A stretch of 64,000 nt of DNA from Octopus sinensis (lineage: Eukaryota), in the NCBI RefSeq assembly GCF_006345805.1, contig NC_043024.1, forward strand, positions 15,624,001 through 15,688,000, given 5' to 3'. The notes beneath the pieces are model-generated. The model did no database searches. It was not told where the DNA came from and saw only the letters and a program-made list of their open reading frames with translations. Position 1 is the first letter of the stretch. Every line of letters starts with the position of its first letter. This document shows positions 51,065-62,862 of the stretch, piece by piece. A program made the translations under genes and the position numbers.

Positions 51065-51230
51065 GTTAATCCTCTGTCTTCCCTTCTCTGGATCTTTCCT
51101 TCTCCTATGTTTCTGACGAAACGTTAAACCCTCCTTCTTCCCTTCCTGAGCGTCTAATAATACTATATTTGTTCCACGTCCTCGAGTTGTTGTGTTTTCT
51201 CTTTGTGTTTTCATGTTTGGATTAACTATA
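51065..51230 (+). mobile_element. pLTR-like repeat with hammerhead stem II deleted
   Basis: Matches 10190-10395 but reads ctgacgaaacgttaaac. Confidence 0.7.
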
Positions 51231-51489
51231 TATATATATATATACATACAAATATATAATTGTTAAACAGGATGTCAAACATTAAGGCAAGTCAAAAATC
51301 TCAAGTCATATACAATATTATTACAGGAAGAAATTCAAAACCTTACAGCTGTTTCTGGGATATCCCTGAGTATGGGATATTCTGTCATCAGAGACAAATT
51401 GGGGGAAAAATATGGAAAATGAGAATGGTATATATCAATAAGATGATAACAGAGGATATATGCCCATTCTCATTTTCCATATCGCCCAA

Positions 51490-51690
51490 GGCATCAGGAG
51501 TACTCTTCACAGGGCTGGACATGCATGGCTGTGATCTCACTTTAGTTGCCAGGTCTCAATCACAGCATATCTCCATAAGTCCCAGTCTCCTGTCATTGCC
51601 TTTGTGAAGCCCAGTGTTCGAAAGTCATGCTTCACCACCTCATCCCATGTCTTCCTGAGTCTACCTCTTCCACAGATTCCTTCTACAGTT
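51490..51690 (-). mobile_element. RTE LINE ORF C-terminus fragment
   Basis: GICGRGRLRKTWDEVVKHDFRTLGFTKAMTGDWDLWRYAV stop. Confidence 0.8.
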
Positions 51691-51707
51691 ATATATATGT
51701 GTATGCA

Positions 51708-51745
<38 letters not shown>

Positions 51746-51754
51746 TATATCATA

Positions 51755-52828
51755 CAGGGTGTGATGGGTAAATTGTTGCCAGTTAATATTTTCAATTTTG
51801 TGTATGTGCATTGTTTGCTTTTGATTTTGTCGACTACACAGTATAGTAGGGTCAGTTGGGCACTATCTGTGAGAAAAACAGCTCCATGGTGCAATTCAGT
51901 CTTCCATAAATTTAGAAACAATATCATGTACTGCTTGGCATTCACACTGGAAGCTCCAATATGAACATTTCAGAGTGTTGGGTGTCAATCTGAGTCCCCA
52001 AAACATGTACCAAGAGTGATAAAAATCAAACATCCAGTCAACATCATGGCATTTGGAGTGATCATTAGTGATGGCAACGTTATGCCTCCATTCATCTTCC
52101 CACATGGGTTTAGACTCAACACAGAGGCCTACATCAAATGCCTGGAGGGGATAGTGCTGCCCTGGCTCAAGAGGCTGGCTACTGGAAGACCCTATGTCTG
52201 GTAACAGGACTCAGCACCATGCCACAAAAGCATGGCTGTCAGAAAATTTCTGCAACCTCACTGTCCCTAACATCTGGCCACCAACTCCCCAGACTGCAAC
52301 CCCCCGAGCTGGCAGAAACATTAGCATGCCGGGCGAAATGCGTAGCCGTACTTCGTCTGCTGTTACGTTCAGAGTTCAAATTCCGTCAAGGTTGACTTTG
52401 CCTTTCAATCTTTCGGGGTCGATAAATTAAGTACCAGTTACACTGGGATCGACTTAATCCATTTGTCTGTCCTTGTTTGTCCCCTCTGTGTTTAGCCCCT
52501 TGTGGGTAGTAAAGAAATATATTATGTGTGGGGTGCAGTTGAGTGATAGACTTACAAAACTCCTTTTAACACCAAAGATGAACTGAAGGTAAGGATGATG
52601 GCAGGATTCACCAACTTAAACAAGGAGACCATCCCAAGGAGTTGCAGGAGATTCTGAAGTCGTCTGGAGGTTGTGGTTGAAACCAATGGTTATTTTATTG
52701 AATAAATTTACTCTTTAGTATTTCAAAATATTTTTATGTAATTTTGGTAAATATATTTGTTAAAATGAGATGTCAGTGTTATTTTCATATTTGTGTAATT
52801 TAGATGATGATATATTAACTACACCCTG
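51755..52828 (+). mobile_element. Internally deleted Tc1/mariner (maT/DD37D-like) transposon, interrupted by a SINE
   Basis: cagggtgt and acaccctg termini; KHPVNIMAFGVI..PPFIFP..YVW*QDSAPCH..IWPP.SPDCNP/YYVWGAVE..VVE.NG.FIE. Confidence 0.8.
52305..52519 (+). mobile_element. SINE family A inserted in the SPDxNPLDY motif
   Basis: gactgcaaccccc / SINE / tattatgtgtgggg. Confidence 0.9.
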
Positions 52829-52999
52829 TGTATATATATTTAAGCAAATTAGCTAGTTGAGAAAATCCCTACAAGAGATGAAAGAGCACCCATTCCAGTG
52901 CCACATATAAAGCACCCATGCTAGCACCATGTAAATAGCATCCATGATGGTGGTGATGATGATGATGGTGGTGGTGGTGGTGTGGTGGTGGTGTGGTGG

Positions 53000-53058
<59 letters not shown>

Positions 53059-53128
53059 ATGGTGATGACGATGATGATGGTGATGATGATGGTACAATTT
53101 ATTTATAACGTAGTGTGTAAATTATTAG

Positions 53129-53201
53129 TCTGTGGCAAGATACCAGTAAACTGGTCTGGCAGCTGCAAGAATTTGAAGTTCCTTCTCATAAATTCAAACA
53201 G
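53129..53201 (+). CDS. Candidate exon (LWQDTSKLVWQLQEFEVPSHKFKQ)
   Basis: ttattag acceptor; CAG/gttata donor; frame stays open beyond it. Confidence 0.4.
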
Positions 53202-53348
53202 GTTATAAGAAGTTCTCGACCATCAGTGTCTGGAAATTCTGTGTTGTACCTCTGTGTGTATGTGTGTGTGTTTGCATGCGTGTATGTGTGTGTGTGTGTG
53301 TCTGTGTGTGTATGTGTGCATGTGTGTCGGACAGATATTTATTTGCAG

Positions 53349-53376
53349 AAAGGAAAACATGAAGACAGTGTTCAAT
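53349..53376 (+). CDS. Candidate micro-exon (KGKHEDSVQ)
   Basis: tttatttgcag acceptor; gtatgt donor; phase 0-1. Confidence 0.3.
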
Positions 53377-53439
53377 GTATGTTTAATATATTTCTTTGTC
53401 TCATCTGTCTTTACGTGCTGAGTTCAAATTCCGCTGACC

Positions 53440-53700
53440 AAGATACACACCAACACACCCATGTACACACATGCACACCCCAATAAGGCGGACACCCCAT
53501 TAATAATACACACTTTCTTCACTTCAAAATAACTCTTGCCAGCTTCACAACATACCCATCCAAGGGGCATAACTCATAGCCCAATACCCTGGTCCCTTTT
53601 TTTCGCTTTACCACTTTTTTCACTGCAGCTGTTGACCAGACGTGTTAATCCACTTCTGACAATAGAGAGCAGTCGCCATATTCCCTTCCATATCGGCTAT
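53440..53700. mobile_element. Unclassified dispersed repeat
   Basis: Homologous to 61480-61700 (gtgttaatc..ctgac.atagagagcagtc.ccatatt..ttccatatcggcta). Confidence 0.65.
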
Positions 53701-53769
53701 ACATATATACATACATATCTATCTATCTATCTATCTAATCTATCTATCTGTCTATCTCTCTGTATATAT

Positions 53770-54185
53770 ACACACTCTCAAAGTGGTTGGCGTTAGGAAG
53801 GGCATCCAGCTATAGAAACTCTGCCAAATCAAGATTGGAGACTGGTGCAGCCATCTGGTTCGCCAGCCCTCAGTAAAAATCGTCCAACCCATGCTAGCAT
53901 GGAAAGCGGACGTTAAACGATGATGATGATGATGATGGACATTAGGAAGGGTTCCAGCCATAAAACCTATGCCAAAACAAGCGTTTCTGGTGGTGGTGCC
54001 ATGCAAAATGAACCCACTCCACTCTGTAAAGTGGTTGGTATTAGGAAGTGCATCAAGCTGTAGAAATCATGCCAAAACCAGCAATAAAGCCTGGTGCAGT
54101 CCTTTAATCCATCCAACCCATGCCAGCATGGAAAACAGACAGTAAATGATGATGGTGATGACAATGATGATGACGACGACGATGA
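53770..54185 (+). mobile_element. Two tandem RTE LINE 3' ends
   Basis: Each ends in a (GAT)n tail (~53935 and ~54185). Confidence 0.8.
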
Positions 54186-54519
54186 TATATATGAAAACAC
54201 ACAGACATAAATATGTACGTGCACACACACACACACACATGCACACATACATTTGGATGTTACATTTGTGATTTTGCAATAAAACTATTATAATTAATAT
54301 TTACAATAATTATAACGAGGCTAATTTTAATTTTAAAGAACTGGCAATACCATCGACAGACTGCAGCATCCTTATTAAATGTTATAAAATTACGATATAA
54401 TATCTTTGCAAGGTAGGTATTAAGATATAATATATACTAATTAGTGTCTGTAATTTATTGGTCAATAAAACAATTAATCTGATAAAATTGATAATTAAGA
54501 AAAGACATCTTTTATCTTC

Positions 54520-54730
54520 TACTTGTTTCAGTCATTAGACTGTGGCCATGCTGGGGCACCACCTTCAAAAATTTTTAGCCACAGGATTCGATCCCTGTAC
54601 TTATATTGTTTTTAAGCCGGGTACTTATTTAATTGATTTTTCTTGCTGAACCACTATGTCACAGGGATGTAAACACACCAGCACCAGTTGTCAAGCAGTG
54701 GCGGGGGACAAACATACACACAAAGACACA
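54520..54730 (-). mobile_element. SINE family B, 3' part
   Basis: Reverse-complement tail. Confidence 0.75.
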
Positions 54731-54746
54731 CACACACACACACACA

Positions 54747-55331
54747 TATAACCGGGTGCAGGTATTATTTATAAGCGTTATTTATAAGCAAGATAAGTAT
54801 AACGCTGCCAATGGGGGCATCGAAAAGCCGACTGTAAAAGTCCGTTTACCATCCGGTCTCTGGCGAACAATATATGGAAGAGTTCGGAGACACAAAGGTT
54901 GCACTTCCTTCTGCTCCTATCAAATGGGAGGACCACCGACAAAATTGACCATTCCAGCCTGTAGCTTGAGTTCGTATTCTTCAATCGCCATATTAGCTTG
55001 CTAAGTCCCGTGGTCTGGCGTTTATTCATGTCTCGAAAAGTTGCGTAATGGTTGGAGATTCGTAAAGCCAATCTTGACGATGAGGCCCCGACATAAGCGT
55101 AGACATCTGGAATGGAATGGCTGGAATGGTCAATTTTGTCGGTGGCCCTCCCATTTGATAGTGGCAGAAGGAAGTGCAACCTTTGTGTCTCCGAACTCTT
55201 CCATATATTGTTCGCCAGAGACCGGATGGTAAACGAACTTTTACAGTCGGCTTTTCGATGCCCCCATTGGCGGCGTTATACTTATCTTGCTTATAAATAA
55301 CGCTTATAAATAATACCTGCACCCGGTTATA
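54747..55331. mobile_element. Head-to-head fold-back of a Penelope-like GIY-YIG fragment (213-bp arms, 159-bp spacer)
   Basis: Minus strand: YAYVGASSSRLALRISNHYATFRD..TTGLSKLIWRLK..LEWSIL..CNLCVSELFHIL..CPHW. Confidence 0.85.
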
Positions 55332-55960
55332 CTTCTTATATGAAAATAGCCCTTGGTAATAAATTCTGAAAAAGCCTTTAAGAGAAATATGATTAACCAT
55401 TGCAAGGGGAATTACTCCTGTGAGATGAATGGGGCTTTGTTTTGACGACGGGGGGTTTCTTTGACAAGGCATGATTAGACGAACACACGCACACATAAAA
55501 ATTTTTCTGCCGCCCGACGGATTTTACAGCAGTGACCATTGTGTAGAGCTGTTTACCAACTGACAGCCGCGCGATCAAACCACCCGTACACATAAAATGT
55601 TTCTACCCTTGACGGATTTCTCAGCAGTGACCAGAATGTAGCGCTTCTTACCAACTTGCGCCCGCACACATATATAGAACAGTAAACCACACATGTCTCT
55701 AAGTAGATTTTATCTCGCCCCATATAATACATCTAATATTCTTTAAATAGTCAGAACTTTACTCTTGGTCACAAAGAACATCTACCACCCCATGCCCTCA
55801 CCCACCAGAATGACCGCTGCCTGACCCTTAAAATCTTCAATGCACCACCACCCGTTTTCAACATACACTGATAAACAGTTTGGCCATGGGCTCTTAGGAG
55901 CCTAGTTCGATTTGTTTTGCTCCGCCTCTGTTCTGTTTTTTTTTGTCCCACGGATTTCCT

Positions 55961-56050
55961 ATTTCTTCCTGAAGAGAAAGACACAATATGGTCTCATTAT
56001 TCAATCGGAATTTGGTAAATTGTGCCTTTCGAACACGTGTAGAATGAAAT
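55961..56050 (+). ncRNA. Type I hammerhead motif lacking one A of GAAA
   Basis: atttcttc-ctgaaga-gaaag.cacaat..attgtg.ctttc-gaa-cacgtg-ta-gaatgaaat. Confidence 0.55.
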
Positions 56051-56317
56051 AAAACGATTTCTGTTCAATCTTCGTTCAACTCCTTTCTTCAATTCACTAA
56101 TAATATTAAAATTCAATTATCCGCACCAACGCACGGTTGCAACACCTTATGGTTGTCCTCCAACCGTGCTGTCTTCTGCTGTGATTTTTGCTACCAAGGT
56201 AATCGGTTAACTTTGATTAATCTGCAACAAGATTATTCATCTTTCTATTTCACATAATGATATATATTATATATTATATATATATATATATATATACTAT
56301 GTTATATAATATATCAC

Positions 56318-56360
<43 letters not shown>

Positions 56361-56368
56361 TATATATA

Positions 56369-56402
<34 letters not shown>

Positions 56403-56409
56403 CTATAAT

Positions 56410-56690
56410 AAGGTAAGTAGCTTGCTTACAAAGCAAGTACTTACTATAAGCCCCAGGCCGACCAAAGCTTTGTGAGTGGATTTGGTAGACGGAAACTGAA
56501 AGAAGCCCGTCGTATATATATATAATATATATATATAGTTTCCGTCTACCAAATCCACTCACAAGGCTTTGGTTGGCCTGAGGCTATAGTAGAAGACACT
56601 TGCCCGAGGTGCCACGCAGTGGGACTGAACCTGGAACCATGTGCTTTGTAAGCAAGCTACTTACCTCAAAGCAACTCCTACACCTGTGTT
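56410..56690. mobile_element. SINE family B 5' half with a local inverted, deleted copy around (TA)n
   Basis: 56410-56515 plus; 56538-56690 minus; both carry the non-consensus tacaaagca. Confidence 0.8.
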
Positions 56691-56825
56691 TACATATGTG
56701 CAAGTATTCAAGTATTTCTCTTTTTGTGAATGAGTAGAAGGGAAAGTATTTACACCAATCAGGTTCAATTATTGAAAAATTGTATTCTCTCTCTCTCTCT
56801 CTCTCTCTCTTGTCACGTTACCTAG

Positions 56826-56929
56826 CGACATCACTAGTGCTGGTGCCACAAAAGAACAGATCTCTAAATAACCAACAGATACATGGATGCAAAGATAAAA
56901 TGATTGATAACTCAATAAATCTAACAATG
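56826..56929 (+). CDS. Candidate exon (TSLVLVPQKNRSLNNQQIHGCKDKMIDNSINLTM)
   Basis: CT-rich tract with acctag acceptor; ATG/gtacgg donor; phase 1-0. Confidence 0.35.
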
Positions 56930-57269
56930 GTACGGAATTTCAGGCTTTGCCATTTTGCCTTCATTCAACGGTCATATTGATTTCAGTTGACATTCATATT
57001 GAATCATATTCTTTAAGTAGATTCAAGAGGACCATATTTAACATTGGAATTTCTTGGAATTTAATGTACTCCCACACACAGACACACACACACACACACA
57101 TACATGTTCACATACACATTCTCACACACATGCACATTCAAACACACACATTCACACACACACTCATTCACATGCACACATTCACACACACATTCACACA
57201 CACACAAACATTCACACACACACACATAAACACATTCACACATACTCATTCACATACACACACCCACAC

Positions 57270-57832
57270 CCACACACACCCGCATAAGGTATTGTCATCT
57301 GTTTGGTGAGATATGAAAGGTTTAGTCCACTTTGAACATTTAAACCTAAACCAAATGATAACAAAGGAGATCTACTGCAAACAGCTTGAGTGGCTTAAGT
57401 CAGCAATAGAAGAAAAACAACCATCTTTGGTTACAAGACGAAAGGTAATCTTCCATCAGGGTAATGCTCGGCCATATACAGCAAGGATGACATTCCAAAG
57501 GCTGGAGCAGTTTGAATGGGAAACAATGCCCCACCCACCGTATTCACTGGACATTGCCCCATCTGATTATCATTTATTCTGCAGTCTTCAAAATCATTTG
57601 GACGGAAAATATATGAATTCTGTAGACGAGGTCAGGACAGCACTAGAGGAGTATTTTTTATCACAGACAAGTGAATTTTGAAAGAGGGGCCTTGCAAGTC
57701 TAGCAAATTGATGGAAGAGCATTGTAGAAAATGAAGGAGAGTATATTCTAGATTGAAAAAGAACTTTGTTTTATCTTAATTTTGAAAGATAAAAGAAGTA
57801 TAAAAAACTGCATTATTTATGGGATGACCCTA
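57270..57832 (+). mobile_element. Mariner transposase 3' half plus TIR, same family as 30790-31385
   Basis: HPHKVLSSVW*DMKGLVHFE..FHQGNARP..PHPPYSLDIAPSDYHLF..; ends tttatgggatgaccc followed by TA. Confidence 0.9.
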
Positions 57833-57957
57833 TATATATATATATATATATAAGTACATTAAAAGGCCCCTCAATAAAGAAGCAAGTACTAGATACACAA
57901 AAAAGGGGATAAATTCATGAAATGGAGTGAAAATCAAAAACGTTTATCAACTCAGCT

Positions 57958-58032
57958 AATTACCAACTGCAGTTTCATCTTTTTTTTAGCAAATGAATAT
58001 AATTTATCTGCCAAGGCTAGACTCATCAGCAA
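57958..58032 (-). ncRNA. Degenerate type I hammerhead motif in a pLTR-like remnant
   Basis: ctgatga-gtct..agat-gaaa-ctgcag-tt; stem I disrupted. Confidence 0.45.
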
Positions 58033-58381
58033 GCAGCCTTTGTAATCCGAGAAGTACATATCATTAGAAGTACATGCAAATCTAACGACCTGTATACCCT
58101 AACTTTTCAGACAAGTGCGCAGACGCAAATCATACCCGGCGAACAGAGAGCATGCCGGTATATATATTATATATATATATATATATATATGTATATAATG
58201 CAAGGAGGTCTATTTCATTTTGAGATGTGTGTGTATGTCATCATTATCATCAATGATGCATATATATACACACATATATATATATACACATACATACATG
58301 CTATATATGTATATATATATGTAAATATATGTATATGTATATGTATATATTATATGTGTGTATATGTATATGTTTATTATA

Positions 58382-58414
<33 letters not shown>

Positions 58415-58607
58415 CTATATACACACATAATTATAATACACATACATACATTATATATATGCTATATATATGTAAATAATGTATATGTATATGTATTATA
58501 TATATATGTGTATATATATATATATATATTATATAGATATATATATAAATATATATTATATATATAATATAATATAATCATATTGAGCAGTCATCAATAG
58601 TACTTAG

Positions 58608-58661
58608 AAAAAGGTTCAACAAAGAAGAAAAATAACAATGAAAAGGAAGAGCATAACTGAA
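58608..58661 (+). CDS. Candidate exon (KKVQQRRKITMKRKSITE)
   Basis: acttag acceptor; GAA/gtaagc donor; phase 0-0. Confidence 0.35.
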
Positions 58662-58787
58662 GTAAGCCTCTTCCAGAAGTTTCTTTAGATATGATGGAAC
58701 AACACAAACAATAAAGCAAAACACACACACACTCACTTTCACACTCATTCACACACATCAAGTCCATTGAAGGGATATTTTTCTTTC

Positions 58788-58887
58788 NNNNNNNNNNNNN
58801 NNNNNNNNNNNNNNNNNNNNNNNNNNNNNNNNNNNNNNNNNNNNNNNNNNNNNNNNNNNNNNNNNNNNNNNNNNNNNNNNNNNNNNN
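58788..58887. other. Assembly gap (100 N)
   Basis: Directly visible. Confidence 1.
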
Positions 58888-59035
58888 ATATAATATATAT
58901 ATATATATAATATATATATATATACATACATACTTATACATACATATGTATATATAATATACACAGGCTTATGCATATATACATACACATATATGTGTAT
59001 ATGAATTATATGTATATATATATATATATATAGCT

Positions 59036-59160
59036 GCTTTATTTAAAGCAGCAGAAAATTCAACAAAACCTGGTATTCTGAGTTTCCCGTTGCCCGTCAT
59101 CAGACAGCAAAAACTCAGAGTAACAGGTTTTGTTGAATTTTCTGCTGCTTTAAATAAAGC
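59036..59160. repeat. Fold-back palindrome built from a hammerhead-bearing pLTR end
   Basis: ~50-bp arms; minus copy reads gctgt-ctgatga..gaaactcagaata; plus copy starts aaactcagagtaacag. Confidence 0.8.
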
Positions 59161-59255
59161 ATATTACTCTACCACTGGTATTTGAGTACTTTTTTTTCCA
59201 CCTTGTTTATATATATATATATATTATATATATCACTCCGGTATATATATATATA

Positions 59256-59589
59256 TATAAAATATTATTAGAGACAAAACCACTATTTTGCAAAACAAAC
59301 AAGGAAAGACTTAATCAATACATAAAATTTTAATAAATAGTCAAAAAAACCGCCACTACAATGTTTTCTTGTCTTGATCGACAATCTTCAGGTGGACTTC
59401 AATTTACAAGTCAGTTTCAAATTAATTTGAAACTGACTGTAAATTGAAGTCCACCTGAAGATTGTCGATCAAGACAAGAAACAATTGTAGTGGCGGTTTT
59501 TTTGACTATTAATTAAAATTTTATGTATTGATTAAGTCTTTCTTGTTTGTTTTGCAAAATAGTGGTTTTGTCTCTAATAATATTTTATA
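59256..59589. repeat. 334-bp loop-less palindrome of a pLTR end
   Basis: Axis at 59423/59424 (tttcaaatt|aatttgaaa). Confidence 0.9.
59451..59493 (+). ncRNA. Canonical minimal type I hammerhead ribozyme motif (mirror copy on the minus strand at ~59355-59397)
   Basis: ccac-ctgaaga-ttgtc(gatcaa)gacaa-gaaa-caattg-ta-gtgg; GUA site. Confidence 0.8.
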
Positions 59590-60039
59590 ATATTTTACTA
59601 TAAAATTGGATTTAATCCTAAATCTGATTTTTTTCCCTGTAAATTTGGATTTATTCCAATATTTTTATTTTATATATATATATATATATTATATATATAT
59701 ATATATATATGACTAATTCTTCCCACTTTGCCCTGTTTTAGTTTCAATGCTTTCCCTCTCTCCTCTCTCTCTATCACGCACATTCTAAATCACACGCACA
59801 CAGACACACATGCGTGCTTTAAACCCACCCAGAGTCACAGGCTGTGTATGTGATGCAAAGCTATATTTGTTGTATATTTACAGTAAACAACACTCCTATC
59901 TCTTTCTCTCTCTCCATTTGTCTTGGTCTCAAAATATTTACTCAACATGACACACATGGAACTTTATTTCCTTATTTCAAATGATTCCATCCATTGCTCT
60001 TCTCCATCTGTTACAATAAACAGGTGTTGTTGTTATTGG

Positions 60040-60720
60040 TGATGGTGGTGGTGGTGGTGGTGGTGGTGGTAATGGTGGCAGCAGCAGGGGAAGGGGTGGA
60101 TTAAGGTCTTGGTGGTAAGGGGTGTATCCTTGTTTGTGGTGGTGGTTGTTGTTGTGATTACAGTGTTGGTGGTGGTGGTGGTGGTGAGGTGCTATACTGG
60201 TTGTGATAGTTGTGGTGGTTGTGATGGTAGTGGTGGTGGTGGGTTGTGACGGTGGTGGTGGTGGTGGTGGTGGTGACGGTGGTGGTGGTTGTGGTGGTGG
60301 TGGTGGTGGTGGTGGTGGTGGTTGTGACGGTGGTGGTGGTGGTGGTGGTGACAGCAGCAAGGGATGGGGTGGATTAAGGTCTTAGTGGTATAGGGGGTGG
60401 TATCCTTGTGTTTGTGGTAGTGGTGGTTGTCATGGTGATTATAGTGTTGGAGGTGGTGGTGAGGGAGGTATCCTGGTTGGTGTTGTGATTATGGTGTTGA
60501 TGGTGATGGTGATGGGCTACACTGGTAGTGGTGGTTGTGATGGTGATATTGGTGTTGTTGGTAATGGTGATGATGGTTGTGGTAGTGAGGAGTATGGTGG
60601 TGGTGGTGGTGGTAGGTGTTATTGTATTTGTTTTTGTGGTGGTGGCAGGGTTTGTGAGTGACCATGGTGGCGGTGGCATGTTGGTGGTTATAGTGGGGGC
60701 TGTAGTGGTAGTGAATGAGG
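60040..60720. repeat. (GGT)n-rich tract with an internal duplication
   Basis: ggggtggattaaggtctt..gtatccttgt at ~60093 and ~60366. Confidence 0.9.
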
Positions 60721-60894
60721 TGAAACCTCAACCATCTTTCTTACATCTACAAATTGTGTAGAAGCATGGTATAACACTCCTATATCACAAAATTGCTATA
60801 TGTGTGTATATATTTATGTATATGTGTGTTTGGATGGGTGGATATATTAAACTATATATGTGTGTATGTACATGTGAGCATGTATATATGTATC

Positions 60895-61280
60895 TTTTGT
60901 CTCTTGTTTCAGTCATTAGACTGAGGCCATACTGGGGCACTGCCTTGAGGAATTTCAGTCGAAGGAATTGACCCCAATACTTTTTTTCAAAGTCTAACAT
61001 TTATTCTGTCGGCCTCTTTTGCTGAAAAGCTGGGTTATGGTGATGTAAACACACCAACACTGGGTCTCACATAGTGGTGGGGGACAAACACACACACACA
61101 CATATGACGGGCTTCTTTTAGTTTCTATCTACCAAATCCATTAACAAGGCTTTGGTCGGACCAGGGCTATAGTAGAAGACATTGACCTAAAGTACCATGC
61201 AGTGGGACTGAACCCAGAACCATATGACTGGGAAACAGGCTTCTTAATACAGTCATACCTGTGCCTCTTACCACACACAC
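60895..61280 (-). mobile_element. SINE family B, near full length
   Basis: Reverse complement of 62659-63085. Confidence 0.85.
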
Positions 61281-61303
61281 GTATATATATATGCATATAT
61301 ATG

Positions 61304-61350
<47 letters not shown>

Positions 61351-62198
61351 GCATGTGTGTGTGTGTGTATATATATGTATATGTATGCATACACACACAA
61401 CTGACTATATATACCTACACCCCTGGAAAGAATTATACACATGACACCACTAAGGATGTCACACACTACGTTCTCACAGGAGCACTACACTTAATGATGC
61501 ACGCTTTCCCCACAAACACTTCAAGATAATTCTTACCGGCGTCACAGTGTACCCAACCGAGGGACAAAACTCCTAACCGAATCCCCTGGCCCTTATTCAG
61601 TTCACAACCTTTTTCACAGCAGCCACAAACCAGATGTGTTAATCTACCCCTGACTATAGAGAGCAGTCACCATATTTCTTTCCATATCGGCTAACTCTAA
61701 TGAGCGTAAGGTTATATAATTGGATTGTTACCTAACACTCCGTTGTATTCCTTGTGTGAAACCAATTAGTAAGATCAGCTGTGAGGGACATATAATGTTG
61801 TCCACTTCGGATAATATACCCACTCTACTGATAGATACATTAGTGCATCTTTTCCCTGATGTTTTATTGTCGTCTATTGTGTTCTTGTTCTATTTTTTGA
61901 ATTTATATAGCAGTATATGTACACCAAATCCAGAACTACTTACCTCCCTTACACATAATCGTTTTACTTAGGGACTAGTAGACCTGACACCATTTATTAA
62001 TCGGTGTGCATTCAAAGCAATGATTAGTAAATTCACGAAACCAGTATGCTTCTGGATCTCTTTAACAATTCGTATTTTATTACTTTTATTCCTACCTCAG
62101 TTCATCTAACTGTATATATCCATTGTTACTTTTCATAAAAAGCCTTTACTTTTTTTGATTTCCAATGTGCATTTTCACTTATTTTTCTTCTTACTTTC

Positions 62199-62246
<48 letters not shown>

Positions 62247-62658
62247 GTATGTATGTATCATTAATTAAATATATTCTGTTAGAATATTATACACTGAATT
62301 TATAATGAGTGTTCTTTGTATAAAATGCCAAAAATATTAATACTATAAAGTATTTAGACATTAATACGAGCGATTATATATACTGTATTTTGAAATAATA
62401 GCATGAAATTCAGTATCAAACAATTTCTCACAAAGATCTATATATGTCTAAAATAGTATTGCATTATAATATACATATAAATATATGAAACGTGACAGCT
62501 TAAAAATGTGTTAGTTAATGCATGTTACAATCGTTTCACGAAAGTATTGTCATTATAATGGAATCCATTGTTGATACACATTGATAGACAATACTTCTGC
62601 TCATCAGAGATAAAGAAGATAATTTTTTTTATAATATATTATAATTTTTTTATAATAT

Positions 62659-62830
62659 AGGCGCAGGAGTGGCTGTGTGGTATGTAGCTTGCCTACCAAC
62701 CACATGGTTCTGGGTTCAGTCCCACTGCGTGGCATCTTGGGCAAGTGTCTTCTACTATAGCCATGGGCCGACCAAAGCCTTGTGAGTGGATTTGGTAGAC
62801 GGAAACTGAAAGAAGCCCGTCGTATATATG

Positions 62831-62862
<32 letters not shown>

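Noticed and set aside
51327-51427. Plus-strand exon that would link 50520 to 53129
   Set aside because: The phase-compatible frame contains an in-frame TGA and the donor is weak
59977-60761. Pro/Thr/His-rich mucin- or extensin-like ORFs
   Set aside because: Trinucleotide low-complexity tract without splice or domain evidence
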